A stretch of 64,000 nt of DNA from Anaeramoeba ignava BMAN. Its lineage: Eukaryota; Protista; Anaeramoebae. The position numbers were made by a program, and so were the translations under genes. This document shows positions 9,366 through 21,619 of the stretch, one piece after another (position 1 is the stretch's first letter; the number at the start of each line of letters is the position of its first letter). The DNA lies in assembly GCA_028826165.1 (NCBI GenBank), contig JAPDFW010000063.1, positions 744,001 to 808,000 on the forward strand, given 5' to 3'. The notes beneath the pieces were generated by a model. It saw only the letters and a list, made by a program, of their open reading frames with translations, was not told the DNA's origin and searched no databases.

Positions 9366-12300
9366 TTAAATCATATCAAGATCATCCAAATCATTTTTTA
9401 AAACTGTTGCAATTACACTTTTTGCAACACTATTAATGTTTTCAGTATCGATTGCACAAGTAGGAAAAGCAAAAATTGGACGAGCATCAAAATCTTTAAT
9501 TTCGGAAATTTCAAAAAATTTCTTTTCAATAAATTTAATTGCTTCTTCTGTTGTGTATCCTATTTATTTTTTATAAAAAATTCAATTAAAAAATTCAATT
9601 AAAAAATTCAATTAAAAAATTCAAACCATTAAAATCGGGAAAATAACTTGAAAGTGGAACTTCTTTTAATTGTTCATCAATTAAATCTTTTTTGTTTAAA
9701 AATAAAACAATTGATGATTTTGTAAACCAAGGACTTGTGCATATTTCTCGGAATAATGATAATGCTTCCTATTAAATTTTTTTTTCTTTTGTAAATAAAG
9801 AAAGTTGTAAATTTATTTTGCTTTAAATTACAGTCATTCTATTAACTTGTGCTTCTTCTCTAAGTGTTTGTGCATATTCAATTAATGAAACACAAAAAAT
9901 TACTGATGTAACACCTTCAAAACAATGAATCCTATTTATAAATCAATTAAATTAAATAAATCAATTAAATCCAAAATAAATTAATTAAATTAATTAAATC
10001 AATTAAATCAATTAAATTAAATCAATTAAATCAATTAAATCAATTAAATTAAATCAATTAAATCAATTAAATCAATTAAATCAATTAAATCAATTAAATC
10101 AATTAAATCAATTAAATCAATTAAATCAATTAAATCAATTAAATCAATTAAATTAATTAAATAAATTAAATTAAATCAATATAAATCCAAAATAATTAAA
10201 TCAATTAAATCAATTAAATCCAAAATATTTTATTTACCATTTCTTTCTTTCATTTCTTTGTCCACCAACATCAACTAAACGAAATTTAACACCATGAATT
10301 CTAAATTCTGTTTCATGTATTCCTGTTGTTTTAACACGTAAACGAAGAACATCTTGTTTTGTAGGAGTAAAATCTAAAGTAAAACGATCAATATTATCGA
10401 AAAAACTTTTGAAAAAATTTTATTAAGATTAAAAAAAATTTATTTAGGATTGAAGAAATTTTATTTAAAATTTAAATACTATTGGGCTGAATCATTTAAT
10501 TGAAATTTTCGGTTTCTATATTTAAAAATCTCTTTTATTCCTGAATCTTTCCATAAAGTTTTTATTCCTTGTTGAATTTCTTTTGTCCAAAAAGTACCTT
10601 CAGGAGAAATTCTTTTCAGATTTTCAGCTATTTCCTTTTTGATTTTAAATTAAATATTAAATTGAATTGAATATTGAATTGAATTGAATTGAATATTGAA
10701 TTGATTTGAATTGAATTAAATTGAATTAAATTGAATTGAATTAAATTGATTTAAATTAAATTGAATTGAATTGATTTGAATTGAATTGAATTGAATTGAA
10801 TTGATTTGATTTTATTTTAGATTGTTAATTGAAATTGGAATTTTTGATTTGATTTTAAATTAAATATTGAATTGAATTGAATTAAATTAAATTGAATTGA
10901 ATTGAATTGAATTGAATTGAATTGAATTGAATTAAATTAAATTGAATTGAATTGATTTGAATTGAATTGAATTGAATTGAATTAAATTAAATTAAATTAA
11001 ATTGAATATTAAATTTAATTGATTTGAATTGAATTAAATTGAATTGAATTGAATTGATTTTAAATTAAATATTAAATTAAATTGAATTGAATTGAATTGA
11101 ATTGAATTGAATTAAATTAAATTGAATTGAATTGAATATTGAATTGAATTGAATTGAATTGAATATTAATTTGAATTGATTTGAATTGAATTGAATTGAA
11201 TTGAATTTAATTGAATTGAATTGAATTGAATTGAATTGAATATTAAATATTGAATTGATTTTAGATTGCTAATTGAAATTGGAATTGAATTAAATTAAAT
11301 TAAATTGAATTGAATTTTGAAATGAAATGAATTATATTGAATTGAATTGAATTGAATTGAATTGAATTGAATATTGAATTAAATTGAATTAAATTGAATT
11401 GAATTGAATTGATTTGATTTTATTTTAGATTGTTAATTGAAATTGGAATTTTAGATTGTTAATTGAAATGATTGATTTTTTTAGATTGTAAATTGGAATT
11501 TAATTAAATATTGAATTGGATATTGAATTGAATTTTGAAATGAATTGAATTAAATTAAATTAAATTAAATTGAATTGAATTGAATTGAATTAAATTGATT
11601 TGATTTTAGATTGTTAATTGAAATTGGAATTTTTGATTGTTAATTGAAATTGGAATTTTAGATTGTAAATTGGAATTTAATTGAAATTTAATTGGATTTT
11701 GAAAGAGAGTTATTATTAAATTTTAATTAAATTTTAAATGGATTTTTTAATTGAATTTTTTTTTTGGATTTTTAAATGATCATTTCTTTATTCTAAAAAT
11801 AAGCAAAATAAATTAATAAAAAAAAATACCACGTTTTCAATTTGAATACCAAGTTTTTCAGCAGCAAAAATTAAAATTTGAATTTGAGAAAGACAATTAA
11901 TATAAACTATAGGTTTTGCATCATCAAGCTGGTCTTTATCAAAATCTCCATCTTGAAGAAGTTTCATTTGCTTAAATATAGTAGATTTTCCAGATTCTCC
12001 TCCTCCTATTAATTTTTAATTTAAATTTTTATTTAAATTATAATTTTTATTTTAATTTTTAATTTGAATTTTAATTTTAATTTTAATTTTTATTTTTATT
12101 TTAATTTTAATTTTAATTTTAATTTTAAATCTAAATTTTAATTTTAATTTTAAATCTAATTTTAATTCTAATTCTAATTTTAATTTTAATTTTAATTTTA
12201 ATTTTAATTTTAATTTTAATTTTAATTTTAATTTTAATTTTAATTTTAATTTAAATTTTAATTTTTAATTTAAATTTTAAATCTAATTCGTCATTTTTAT

Positions 12301-12705
12301 TCATTTTTATTAGATAAAATTTATTATTGAAAATTAAAAATCATAAAGAATTTTGAGATTAAAAATGATCTTTTTGTTGTTTTTTTTTTTTTTTGTTTAA
12401 ATTTAGATTTAATAATAATAAAAAAAAAATTAAATAAAAATGAAATTTAAAATTAAAATTAAATAAAATGAAAAAAAGAAAAACATCGTTATTTTTCTTT
12501 ATAAAAATTGGATTTAAAAAAATTGATAAAATTTTTTTTTTTAATTTGTTTGATCTAAATTTAAAAGAAAAATTTTACCAAGAAGAAGAAGTTTTTTTTC
12601 TTTATCTATTTGATTTTTTTGTTTTTTCAAAAGATTATTAATGGTTTTATTTCGTTTTTGTAAGCCTTTATCTTGTCCATCAGTTTCTGCTTCACAGTTT
12701 CCCAT
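9366..12705 (-). CDS. Heterotrimeric G-protein alpha subunit, 7 exons
   Basis: Manual splicing over six GT-AG introns gives MGNC (myristoylation/palmitoylation), [58 protein letters not shown] and TCAIDT, ending in TAA at 9366-9368. Confidence 0.93.
9940..10225. repeat. (AATTAAATC)n 9-mer satellite in a G-alpha intron
   Basis: Direct inspection of the sequence. Confidence 0.85.
10640..11700. repeat. (TTGAA)n pentamer satellite in a G-alpha intron
   Basis: Direct inspection; degenerate TTGAA/TTAAA units. Confidence 0.85.
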
Positions 12706-13270
12706 TTTAATAATCACAAAATTTTAAAAAGAAAAAATAAAAAATTTTAATTGAAAAAAAAAAAAAATGAAAATGAAAAATAAAAATAAAATTAAAAATA
12801 AAATTAAAATTAAAATTAAAACAATTTCATAAAGTCAAAAAAAAAAAAAAAACAAAATAAAAAAAATGATCAATTTATTTTAATTTAGATAAAAAAAACT
12901 TTTTTTTTTTTTTCATTTTAAAAAATTTAAAAAAAAGCAAAACTATTTTTATTTTGTGATTTTATTAATTAAAAAATTTTTATTTAACTTTTAAAAAAAA
13001 GAAAAGAAAAGAAAATAAAATTTTTTTTTTCTTTTTTTTTTTTATTATTAAAGACAAATTTCTCAATTATAAATTTTGAAATAATTTGGATTTAATTTTA
13101 ATTGTTTAATTTTAATCGACTTACGATCTCTTTTCTTTTATTTTTCTGATTAAATTTTTCTTTAATTAAAAAAATTAATAAAAAAAATAAAAAATTATTA
13201 ATAATTTTAAAAAATGATTTTCCAAATTTTTTTTTTGTTTTTTTTTTATTTTTTATTTTTCATTTTTTTC

Positions 13271-13299
<29 letters not shown>

Positions 13300-13301
<2 letters not shown>

Positions 13302-15850
13302 GGAAAAACCAAATTATGTTATTGTTTTTTTAAGACATGGAGAATCAACATGGAATAAAGATAATAGATTTACAGGTAAAAATAAGAATTATAAATAAAA
13401 ATTATAAATAAAAATTAAATTGAAAAAATTCTTAATAAAATTGAAATATTTTTAAAAAAGGTTGGACTGATGTTCCTTTAACAGAAACTGGATTACAAGA
13501 AGCAGTTGATGCAGGAAAATTATTAAAGAAAGAAGGTTATCAATTTGATTTAGTTTATACAAGTGTCTTAAAAAGATCTTTACAAACTACTTATTATACT
13601 CTTTTTGAACTTGACCAACTTTATCTTCAAGAAATTAAACATTGGAGATTAAATGAAAGACATTATGGTGCTCTTCAAGGTCTTAATAAATCAGAAACTG
13701 CTGAAAAATATGGAGATGAACAAGTTTTATTATGGAGAAGAAGGTTTACATTTAATTATTTATAATTTAATTTATATTTTTATTTATAATTTTATTTATA
13801 ATTTAATTTATAATTTTATTTATAATTTTATTTATAATTTTATTTATAATTTAATTTATAATTTTATTTATAATTTTAATTTATAATTTTATTTATAATT
13901 TTATTTATAATTTTATTTATAATTTTATTTATAATTTAATTTATAATTTTATTTATAATTTTATTTATAATTTTATTTATAATTTTATTTATAATTTTAT
14001 TTATATTTTATTTATAATTTTATTTATAATTTTATTTATAATTTTATTTATAATTTTATTTATAATTTTATTTATAATTTTATTTATAATTTAATTTATA
14101 ATTTTATTTATAATTTTATTTATAATTTTATTTAATTTTATTTATAATTTAATTTATAATTTTATTTATAATTTTTATTTATAATTTTATTTATAATTTT
14201 ATTTATAATTTTATTTATAATTTTATTTATAATTTTATTATAATTTAATTTTTAATTTTTTTTTAATTTTATTTTATAATTTAATTTATAATTTAATTTA
14301 TAATTTTATTTATAATTTTATTTTATAATTTTATTTTATTTTATATTTTAATTTTATTTATAATTTAATTTATAATTTTATTTATAATTTAATTTTATTT
14401 ATATTTTATTTATATTTTATTTATAATTTAATTTATTTTATTTTAATTTATTTATATTTTTATTTTATAATTTATTTTAATTTATAAATTTTATTTAATT
14501 TATATAATTTAATTTATATTTTAAATTTATTTAATTTAATTTATTTTAATTTATAATTTTTTATTTATAATTTTATTTATAATTTTATTTATAATTTAAT
14601 TTATATTTTTATTTTATAATTTTAATTTATAATTTTATTTATAATTTTATTTATAATTTTATTTATATTTTTATTTATAATTTAATTTATAATTTAATTT
14701 ATAATTTTATTTATATTTTTATTTATTTTTATTTATAATTTTTAATTTTATTTATATTTTATATTTTTATTTTTTTTTATTTATAATTTTATTTATAATT
14801 TAATTTATAATTTTAATTTATAATTTTATTTATAATTTTTATTTATAATTTTATTTATAATTTTATTTATAATTTAATTTTATAATTTTATTTATAATTT
14901 AATTTATAATTTTATTTATAATTTAATTTGTTATTTAATTTTTTTAATTTATAATTTTATTTATAATTTTATTTATAATTTAATTTATAATTTTATTTAA
15001 TTTTAATTTTATAATTTTATTTTATAATTTTTATTTATAATTTTAATTTATTTATAATTTTTATTTATAATTTAATTTTTATTTTATAATTTTATTTATA
15101 ATTTTATTTATAATTTTATTTATAATTTAATTTATAATTTAATTTATAATTTTAATTTATAATTTAATTTATAATTTAATTTTATTTAATTTTATTTTAT
15201 AATTTAATTTATAATTAATTTTATTTATAATTTATTTATAATTTTATTTATAATTTTATTTATAATTTTATTTATAATTTTATTTATAATTTAATTTATA
15301 ATTTAATTTATAATTTTATTTATAATTTTATTTATAATTTAATTTATAATTTTAATTTATAATTTTATTTAAAATTTTATTTATATTTTTATTTATATTT
15401 TTAATATTTATATTTATAATTTTATTTATAATTTTATTTAAAATATTAAGTTATTCAATTCCACCACCACCATTAACCAAAGAAGATGAAAGATATCCAG
15501 GAAAAGATCCAAAATATGCAGAATTAAAAGAAGAAGATTTACCATTATGCGAATGTTTAAAAGACACAGTAGCACGAGTGATGCCATTATGGAATGAAGA
15601 AATAGTACCAAAAATCAAAGAAGGAAAGAAATTATTGATATCTGCTCATGGAAACAGTCTCAGAGCAATTGTGAAATATCTTGACAACATGAGTGAAGAA
15701 GATGTCATTCAACTTAATATTCCAACTGGTGTTCCTCTTGTTTATCATTTGGATGCTGAATTAAAACCTATTAAGCATTTTTATCTTGGTGATGCTGAAG
15801 AAATTAGAAAAAAAGTTCAATCAGTTAAAAATCAAGCTCAAAAAAAATAA
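13300..15850 (+). CDS. gpmA: 2,3-bisphosphoglycerate-dependent phosphoglycerate mutase, 3 exons (about 13300-13375, 13461-13743, 15451-15850)
   Basis: [49 protein letters not shown] and [10 protein letters not shown] motifs joined across GT-AG introns. Confidence 0.95.
13755..15440. repeat. About 1.7-kb almost pure A/T 12-mer satellite (TTTATAATTTTA)n filling PGM intron 2
   Basis: Direct inspection; G and C are virtually absent. Confidence 0.9.
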
Positions 15851-15919
15851 GTTTTAACTTAACTTAAGAAATTCGGAAAAAAATCCAAATTCTTTCTTTT
15901 TTTTACTTTTGAATTAATT

Positions 15920-16150
15920 CGAATTCAATTCAATTCAATTCAATTCAATTCAATTCAATTTAAAATCAATTCAAATTAAATTCATTTCAATTCAATTCAA
16001 TACAAATCAATTCAATTTAAATTCATTTCAATTCAATTCAATACAAATCAATTCAATTTAAATTCATTTCATTTCAAATTCAATTCAATTCAATTCAATT
16101 CAAATTTAACTCAATTCAATTTAATTCAATTTAAATCAATTCAATTCAAA
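15920..16150. repeat. (AATTC)n intergenic pentamer satellite, the reverse complement of the TTGAA family
   Basis: Direct inspection of the sequence. Confidence 0.8.
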
Positions 16151-16279
16151 TTCTTTTTTTTTTTACTTTTAATTCAATTTCAAAAATAAAAACCAAATTC
16201 AAAAATTAAAATTAAAAAAAAAACAAATTTTTTTATTTTCATTTTTTTCATTTTTTTTTTCATTTTTTTCTTTCAAATT

Positions 16280-19118
16280 ATGACTTCAAAACCTATTCAA
16301 AAATTAGATGAAGTTGAAACAAAAGTTGATTCTGAAATTGAATCAATGTCAACTGATGAAATTGAAACTAGAATAAGATTATTAGAAAATGACATTCGTG
16401 TTTTACAATCTGAACAACAAAGATTAGCTCATGAAAAAAAAAGTAATCAAGCAAGACTTCAAGAAAATCAAAAGAAAGTCAAAATGCATAAGCAATTACC
16501 TTATTTAGTTAGTTCTGTAGTTAAAGTAAGTGATCAAAAATTAAAATTAAAATTAGTTTTTTTTCAAATTTAAAATTATAAATAAAATTATAAATAAAAA
16601 TATAATTTAAAATTTAAAATTTAAATTAAAAAAATCAAAATTAAAAATCAAAATTTAAAATTAAAATAAATTAAAAAAAATTAAAATTATAAATTAAAAT
16701 TATAAATTAAAATTAAAATTAAAATTAAAATTAAAATTATAAATTAAAATTAAAATTAAAATTAAAATTAAAATTATAATTAAAATTATAAATTAATATT
16801 AAAATTAAAAATGAAATTAAAATTAAAATTAAAATCAAAATTAAAATTAAAATTAAAATTAAAATTAAAATTCATTTATAAAATTAAAATTAAAATTAAA
16901 TTAAAAAGGTTATTGATATGCCTCCTGAAGATGAAAATCCAATGAAACAAGAAGGAAGTGGATTTATGGATCTTGAACAAGGTCAAGAAAAAGCTGTTGT
17001 TATTAAAACAACAACAAGACAAACTGTATTTCTTCCAGTTCCTGGTCTTGTTGATCCTTCTGCATTAAAACCTGGTGAACTTGTTGGTGTTAATAAAGAT
17101 TCCTTTTTAATTTTAGAACTTTTACCTCCAGAGTAAATTAATTTTAAAATCAAAATTAAAATCAAAATTAGAATCAAAATCAAAATCAAAATTAAAATTA
17201 AAATTAATATTAAAATTAAATTTAAAATCAAAATCAAAATCAAAATTTAAATCAAAATCAAAATTAAAATCAAAATCAAAATTAAAATTAAAATCAAAAT
17301 TAAAATCAAAATAAAAATCAAAATCAAAATTAAAATTAAAATCAAAATTAAAATCAAAATAAAAATCAAAATCAAAATTAAAATTAAAATTAAAATTATA
17401 ATTTAAATTAAAATCAAAATTTAAATTAAAATTTAAATTAAAATCAAAATCAAAATTTAAATCAAAATCAAAATTAAAATCAAAATTAAAATTAAAATCA
17501 AAATTAAAATCAAATAATTATTTTATTAGATATGATTCTCGTGTTAAAGCTTTCGAAATTGATGAGAGACCAACTGAAACTTATGCGGATATTGGAGGAT
17601 TAGACAAACAAATTAGAGAACTATATGAGGCAGTTATTCTTCCTTTAACACAAAAAGAAAGATTTGAATCAATTGGAATAAAACCACCAAAAGGTTTAAA
17701 ATTAAAATTAAAATTAAAATTAAAATTAAAATTAAAATTAAAATTAAAATTAAAATTAAAATTAAAATCAAATTTAAAATTAAAATTAAAATTAAAATCA
17801 AAATTAATATTCATTTATAAAATTAAAATTAAAATCAATATTAATATTAAATTCAAAATTAAATTCAAAATTAAAATTAAATTAATGAAATAAATAGGAT
17901 GCTTACTTTATGGACCACCTGGAACAGGAAAAGTAAAAAAATAACAATAAAAAAATCATTTATTAAAAGGAAAATTAAAATAAAATAATAAATGGAATAA
18001 AAATAGACACTTTTAGCAAGAGCATGTGCAGCACAAACAAATGCAACTTTCCTTAAATTAGCAGGACCACAACTTGTACAAATGTTTATTGGAGATGGTG
18101 CTAAACTTGTTAGAGATGCTTTTGAACTTGCTAAAACTAAAAAACCAGCAATTATTTTTATTGATGAATTAGATGCTGTTGGAACAAAAAGATTTGCTGG
18201 TGAAAATAGAGGTGATCGTGAAGTTCAAAGAACAATGCTTGAGTTATTGAATCAAGTACTTTGATGCTTTTATTTTTATTATTAAAACTAGAATTAAAAT
18301 TCATTTATAAAATCAAAATCAAAATTAAAATTAAAATTCATTTATAAAATTAAAATTAAAATTCATTTATAAAATTAAAACTAAAATCAAAATTAAAATT
18401 AAATTTAAAATTAAAATTAAAATTAAAATTAAAATCATAAATTATAATTAAAATTAAAATTAAAATTAAAATTAAAATCAAAATTAAAATCAAAATTAAA
18501 ATCAAAATTAAAATCAAAATTAAATTTAAAATTAAAATTAAAATTAAAATTAAAATTAAAATTAAAATTAAAATTAAAATTAAAATTAAAATTAAAATTA
18601 AAATTAAAATTAAAATTAAAATTAAAATTAAAATTAAAATTAAAATTAAAATTAAAATTAAAATTAAAATTAAAATTAAAATCAAAATCAAAATTAAAAT
18701 TAAAATTAAAATTAAAATTAAAATTCATTTATAAAATTAAAAATAGTTAGATGGATTTACAACAGATGATGATATAAAAGTAATTGCAGCTACAAACAGA
18801 GTAGATATTCTCGATCCTGCTTTACTTCGTTCAGGAAGATTAGATAGAAAAATTGAATTTCCTTTACCAGATGAAGAAGCAAGATCACAAATATTACACA
18901 TTCATTCCAAAAAAATGAAAGTATCAGAAAGTGTTAATTATCGAGAATTAGCTCGTTCAACAAATGATTTTAATGGTGCTCAACTTAAAGCTGTTTGTGT
19001 TGAAGCTGGAATGAATGCAATGAGAAGAGGTGCTATTCAAATTGAACATGAAGATTTTATGGAAGGAATTCTTCAAGTTCAAGCAAAAAAGAAAACTTCA
19101 CTTCAATATTATGCTTGA
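16280..19118 (+). CDS. RPT5: 26S proteasome AAA-ATPase subunit 6A (Rpt5/TBP-1), 6 exons
   Basis: [34 protein letters not shown]|[30 protein letters not shown] and [10 protein letters not shown]; the C-terminal HbYX tail LQYYA. Confidence 0.96.
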
Positions 19119-19397
19119 TTTTTCTTCTTTCTTTCTCTTTTTTTCTTTTTTTAAAAAAAAAGCAAACAATTTTTTTCGTTTTTTTTTTTTGAGAATTTTT
19201 TTGAGAATTTTTTTTTTTTTGATAAAGTTTGAATGAATCAAATAAAAGAAAAGAAAAGAAAAACAAAAAAAAAATTAATTAATTAATTTCCTTTTTTACT
19301 CTTGTTTGCTTTTTTAATTTTGTTTTTAATTTTGTTTTTGTTTTTGTTTTTAGATTGTTTTTAAATTTTGTTTTTGTTTTTGTTTTTAAAAGAAAAT

Positions 19398-21404
19398 TCA
19401 AATATCCAAAAGATCATTTGTAAATTTTTCATCAAATTCAGGTTTTGTTTCAAAAATTTGTTGTAATTTGGATTTTTCATGAAGCTTTAAATAATCGGTT
19501 CTAAATTGAAGAAAACACTTTTTCAAAAGTTTTGCTTCTAAATCAGAAGATAAAAGAAGAATAAGCTTTGTTTGGAGTTCTTGGATTTGGATGTAAACTT
19601 TAGCACGATTTGATTTATCAATAACAATAGAAACGCCACTAAAAAGTTGTGAAGTAAGCATATTAGTGTGAATATAAATGCGGAAGGAATTTGCATTCAA
19701 AACAATAAAGCAAGGAATTTCTTCCACAATCGAAAGAATTTTTCCGTTAAATCCACAGTTCTTTTTCTCATAAGCCTGCATTACTAAACTATCTAACTTT
19801 TCCCTTTTAATTTCAGAAGAGTTAAAAAGAAGTTTTGTTGGCACTTGATTTGACTTGAATTTTTTGACACTTTTTTTCTTAAGTTGATCTAGCAAATTTT
19901 TCATAAAAATTTCTGTTGTTTCCAAAAACAAGTTGAATTGTTGCTCGGTTGCAAACATCAAAAGGGTAGTTTTGGTAATATTAGGCGAACGCAATGAAAC
20001 ATATGCTTTGCGCGGATGATTGCTGGAAGTGACAACCTCAACTTCTTCAAGATTTGCTTGATGGATCCGAATGCCTTCTGAACGAATTTTGAAAATTTGT
20101 CGCCGAATCTTCAATAAAATTGGTTTTTTGGAGATTAAATGTTCGCATTCGAAATTGTGCTTTTTTTTCTTCATGACTTTTTCCACAAAGGCGCGATTGG
20201 TTTCCTCAAATTCTTTGTGGGTTATTAATAAAGAAAACACTGATAAATGATTATCAGTTTGCGAATCAATTGATTTTATTTTTTCAATCGAAGGTTCTCC
20301 AAGTTCGTCTTCATCCATTGCTCTTGGCGAGTTTTTCACGTGTTGGAAATGCTCTTCAAGATCAATCCATTGATTTTGTGAAAGTGTTGATATGAAAAAA
20401 TCCAACCGAAATGGATCAATCGGTGGTTGAATTTGAATTTCACTTGAAATTTCTATTGGTAAATTTTCTTCCAAAATAAAATCATCCATTTCAATTTCTT
20501 CTACTTCTCCAAAACGAACTACTGGTTCGTCAGTTTCCAGTTGAAGTTCTGAGTCTGTTAGTGGTTCTTCTTCTATTTTGTTTATTTCGTTTGTGTTTTC
20601 TTTCAATTCTCTGTTTTTTTCTTTTGAATCTTCTTTTGAATCTTCTTTTAAATCTTCTTTTAAATCTTCTTTTAAATCTTCTTTTAAATCTTCTTTTATT
20701 GTTTTTTCTAAATTCTTTTGCAATTCTTCTTTCGTTTTTTTTTTCAAATTTTCATCTTTTAAATCCTCAATTTCTTTTAAATCAACTGGGTTTGAATCTT
20801 CTTTTGTTATTTTTTCTAAATCCTTTTGCAGTTTTTCTTTGTTTTTTTTTTCCAAATTTTCTTTTAAATCTTCTTTTAATTTTTCATTTAATTTTTCATT
20901 TAAATCTTCATTTAAATCTTCATTTGAATTTTCTTTTGATTTTGATTTTGATTTTGATTTTGATTTTGATTTTGATTTTGATTTTGATTTTGATTTTGAA
21001 TTTTTATTTAAATCTTCTTTTAAATCTTCTTTTAAATCTTCTTTTAAATCTTCTTTTAAATCTTCTTTTAAATCTTCTTTTAAATCTTCTTTTAAATCTT
21101 CTTTTAAATCTTCTTTTAAATCTTCTTTTAAATCTTCTTTTGATTCTTCTTTTAAATCTTCTTTTAATTCTTCATTTGAATTTTCTTTAGATTTAGATTT
21201 AGATTTTGATTTTGATTTTGATTTTGATTTTGATTTAGATTTTGATTTTGATTTTGATTTTGATTTTGATTTTGATTTTGATTTTGATTTTGATTTTTCA
21301 CTTAAATCTTCAAATGAAATTTCATTTGGATCTTCGTTTGAATCTTCAAATGAATTTGAATTTGATTTTGATTTTGATTTTTGTGTATTTCTTTCAATTT
21401 CCAT
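19398..21404 (-). CDS. Uncharacterised protein, 668 aa: low-complexity (SK)n/(EDLK)n N-terminal half and a globular C-terminal half
   Basis: Long open frame; the C-terminal half has coding-like GC content and non-repetitive sequence. Confidence 0.75.
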   Translation of the reverse strand: MEIERNTQKSKSKSNSNSFEDSNEDPNEISFEDLSEKSKSKSKSKSKSKSKSKSKSKSKSKSKSKSKSKSKSKENSNEELKEDLKEESKEDLKEDLKEDLKEDLKEDLKEDLKEDLKEDLKEDLKEDLKEDLNKNSKSKSKSKSKSKSKSKSKSKSKENSNEDLNEDLNEKLNEKLKEDLKENLEKKNKEKLQKDLEKITKEDSNPVDLKEIEDLKDENLKKKTKEELQKNLEKTIKEDLKEDLKEDLKEDLKEDSKEDSKEKNRELKENTNEINKIEEEPLTDSELQLETDEPVVRFGEVEEIEMDDFILEENLPIEISSEIQIQPPIDPFRLDFFISTLSQNQWIDLEEHFQHVKNSPRAMDEDELGEPSIEKIKSIDSQTDNHLSVFSLLITHKEFEETNRAFVEKVMKKKKHNFECEHLISKKPILLKIRRQIFKIRSEGIRIHQANLEEVEVVTSSNHPRKAYVSLRSPNITKTTLLMFATEQQFNLFLETTEIFMKNLLDQLKKKSVKKFKSNQVPTKLLFNSSEIKREKLDSLVMQAYEKKNCGFNGKILSIVEEIPCFIVLNANSFRIYIHTNMLTSQLFSGVSIVIDKSNRAKVYIQIQELQTKLILLLSSDLEAKLLKKCFLQFRTDYLKLHEKSKLQQIFETKPEFDEKFTNDLLDI

Positions 21405-21619
21405 ATTATTATTATTATTATTTTTATTTTTGGTTTTTTGGTTTTAGAAAATTAAGAAAAAAAAATGATTTTAATTTTTTTCTCCTTTTTATTTTTTTTT
21501 AATTTTTTATTTTTATTTTTCTCCATTTTTTAATTCATTTTTTTTTTAATTTTGTTTTGTTTTGTTTTCTTTTTTAATTTATCAATTAAATTTTTTACTT
21601 TTTTTTAAAATAAAAAAGA

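Noticed and set aside
20561-21502. + strand ORFs of 209, 289 and 86 aa
   Set aside because: They are antisense shadows of the repeat-rich 19398-21404 gene.
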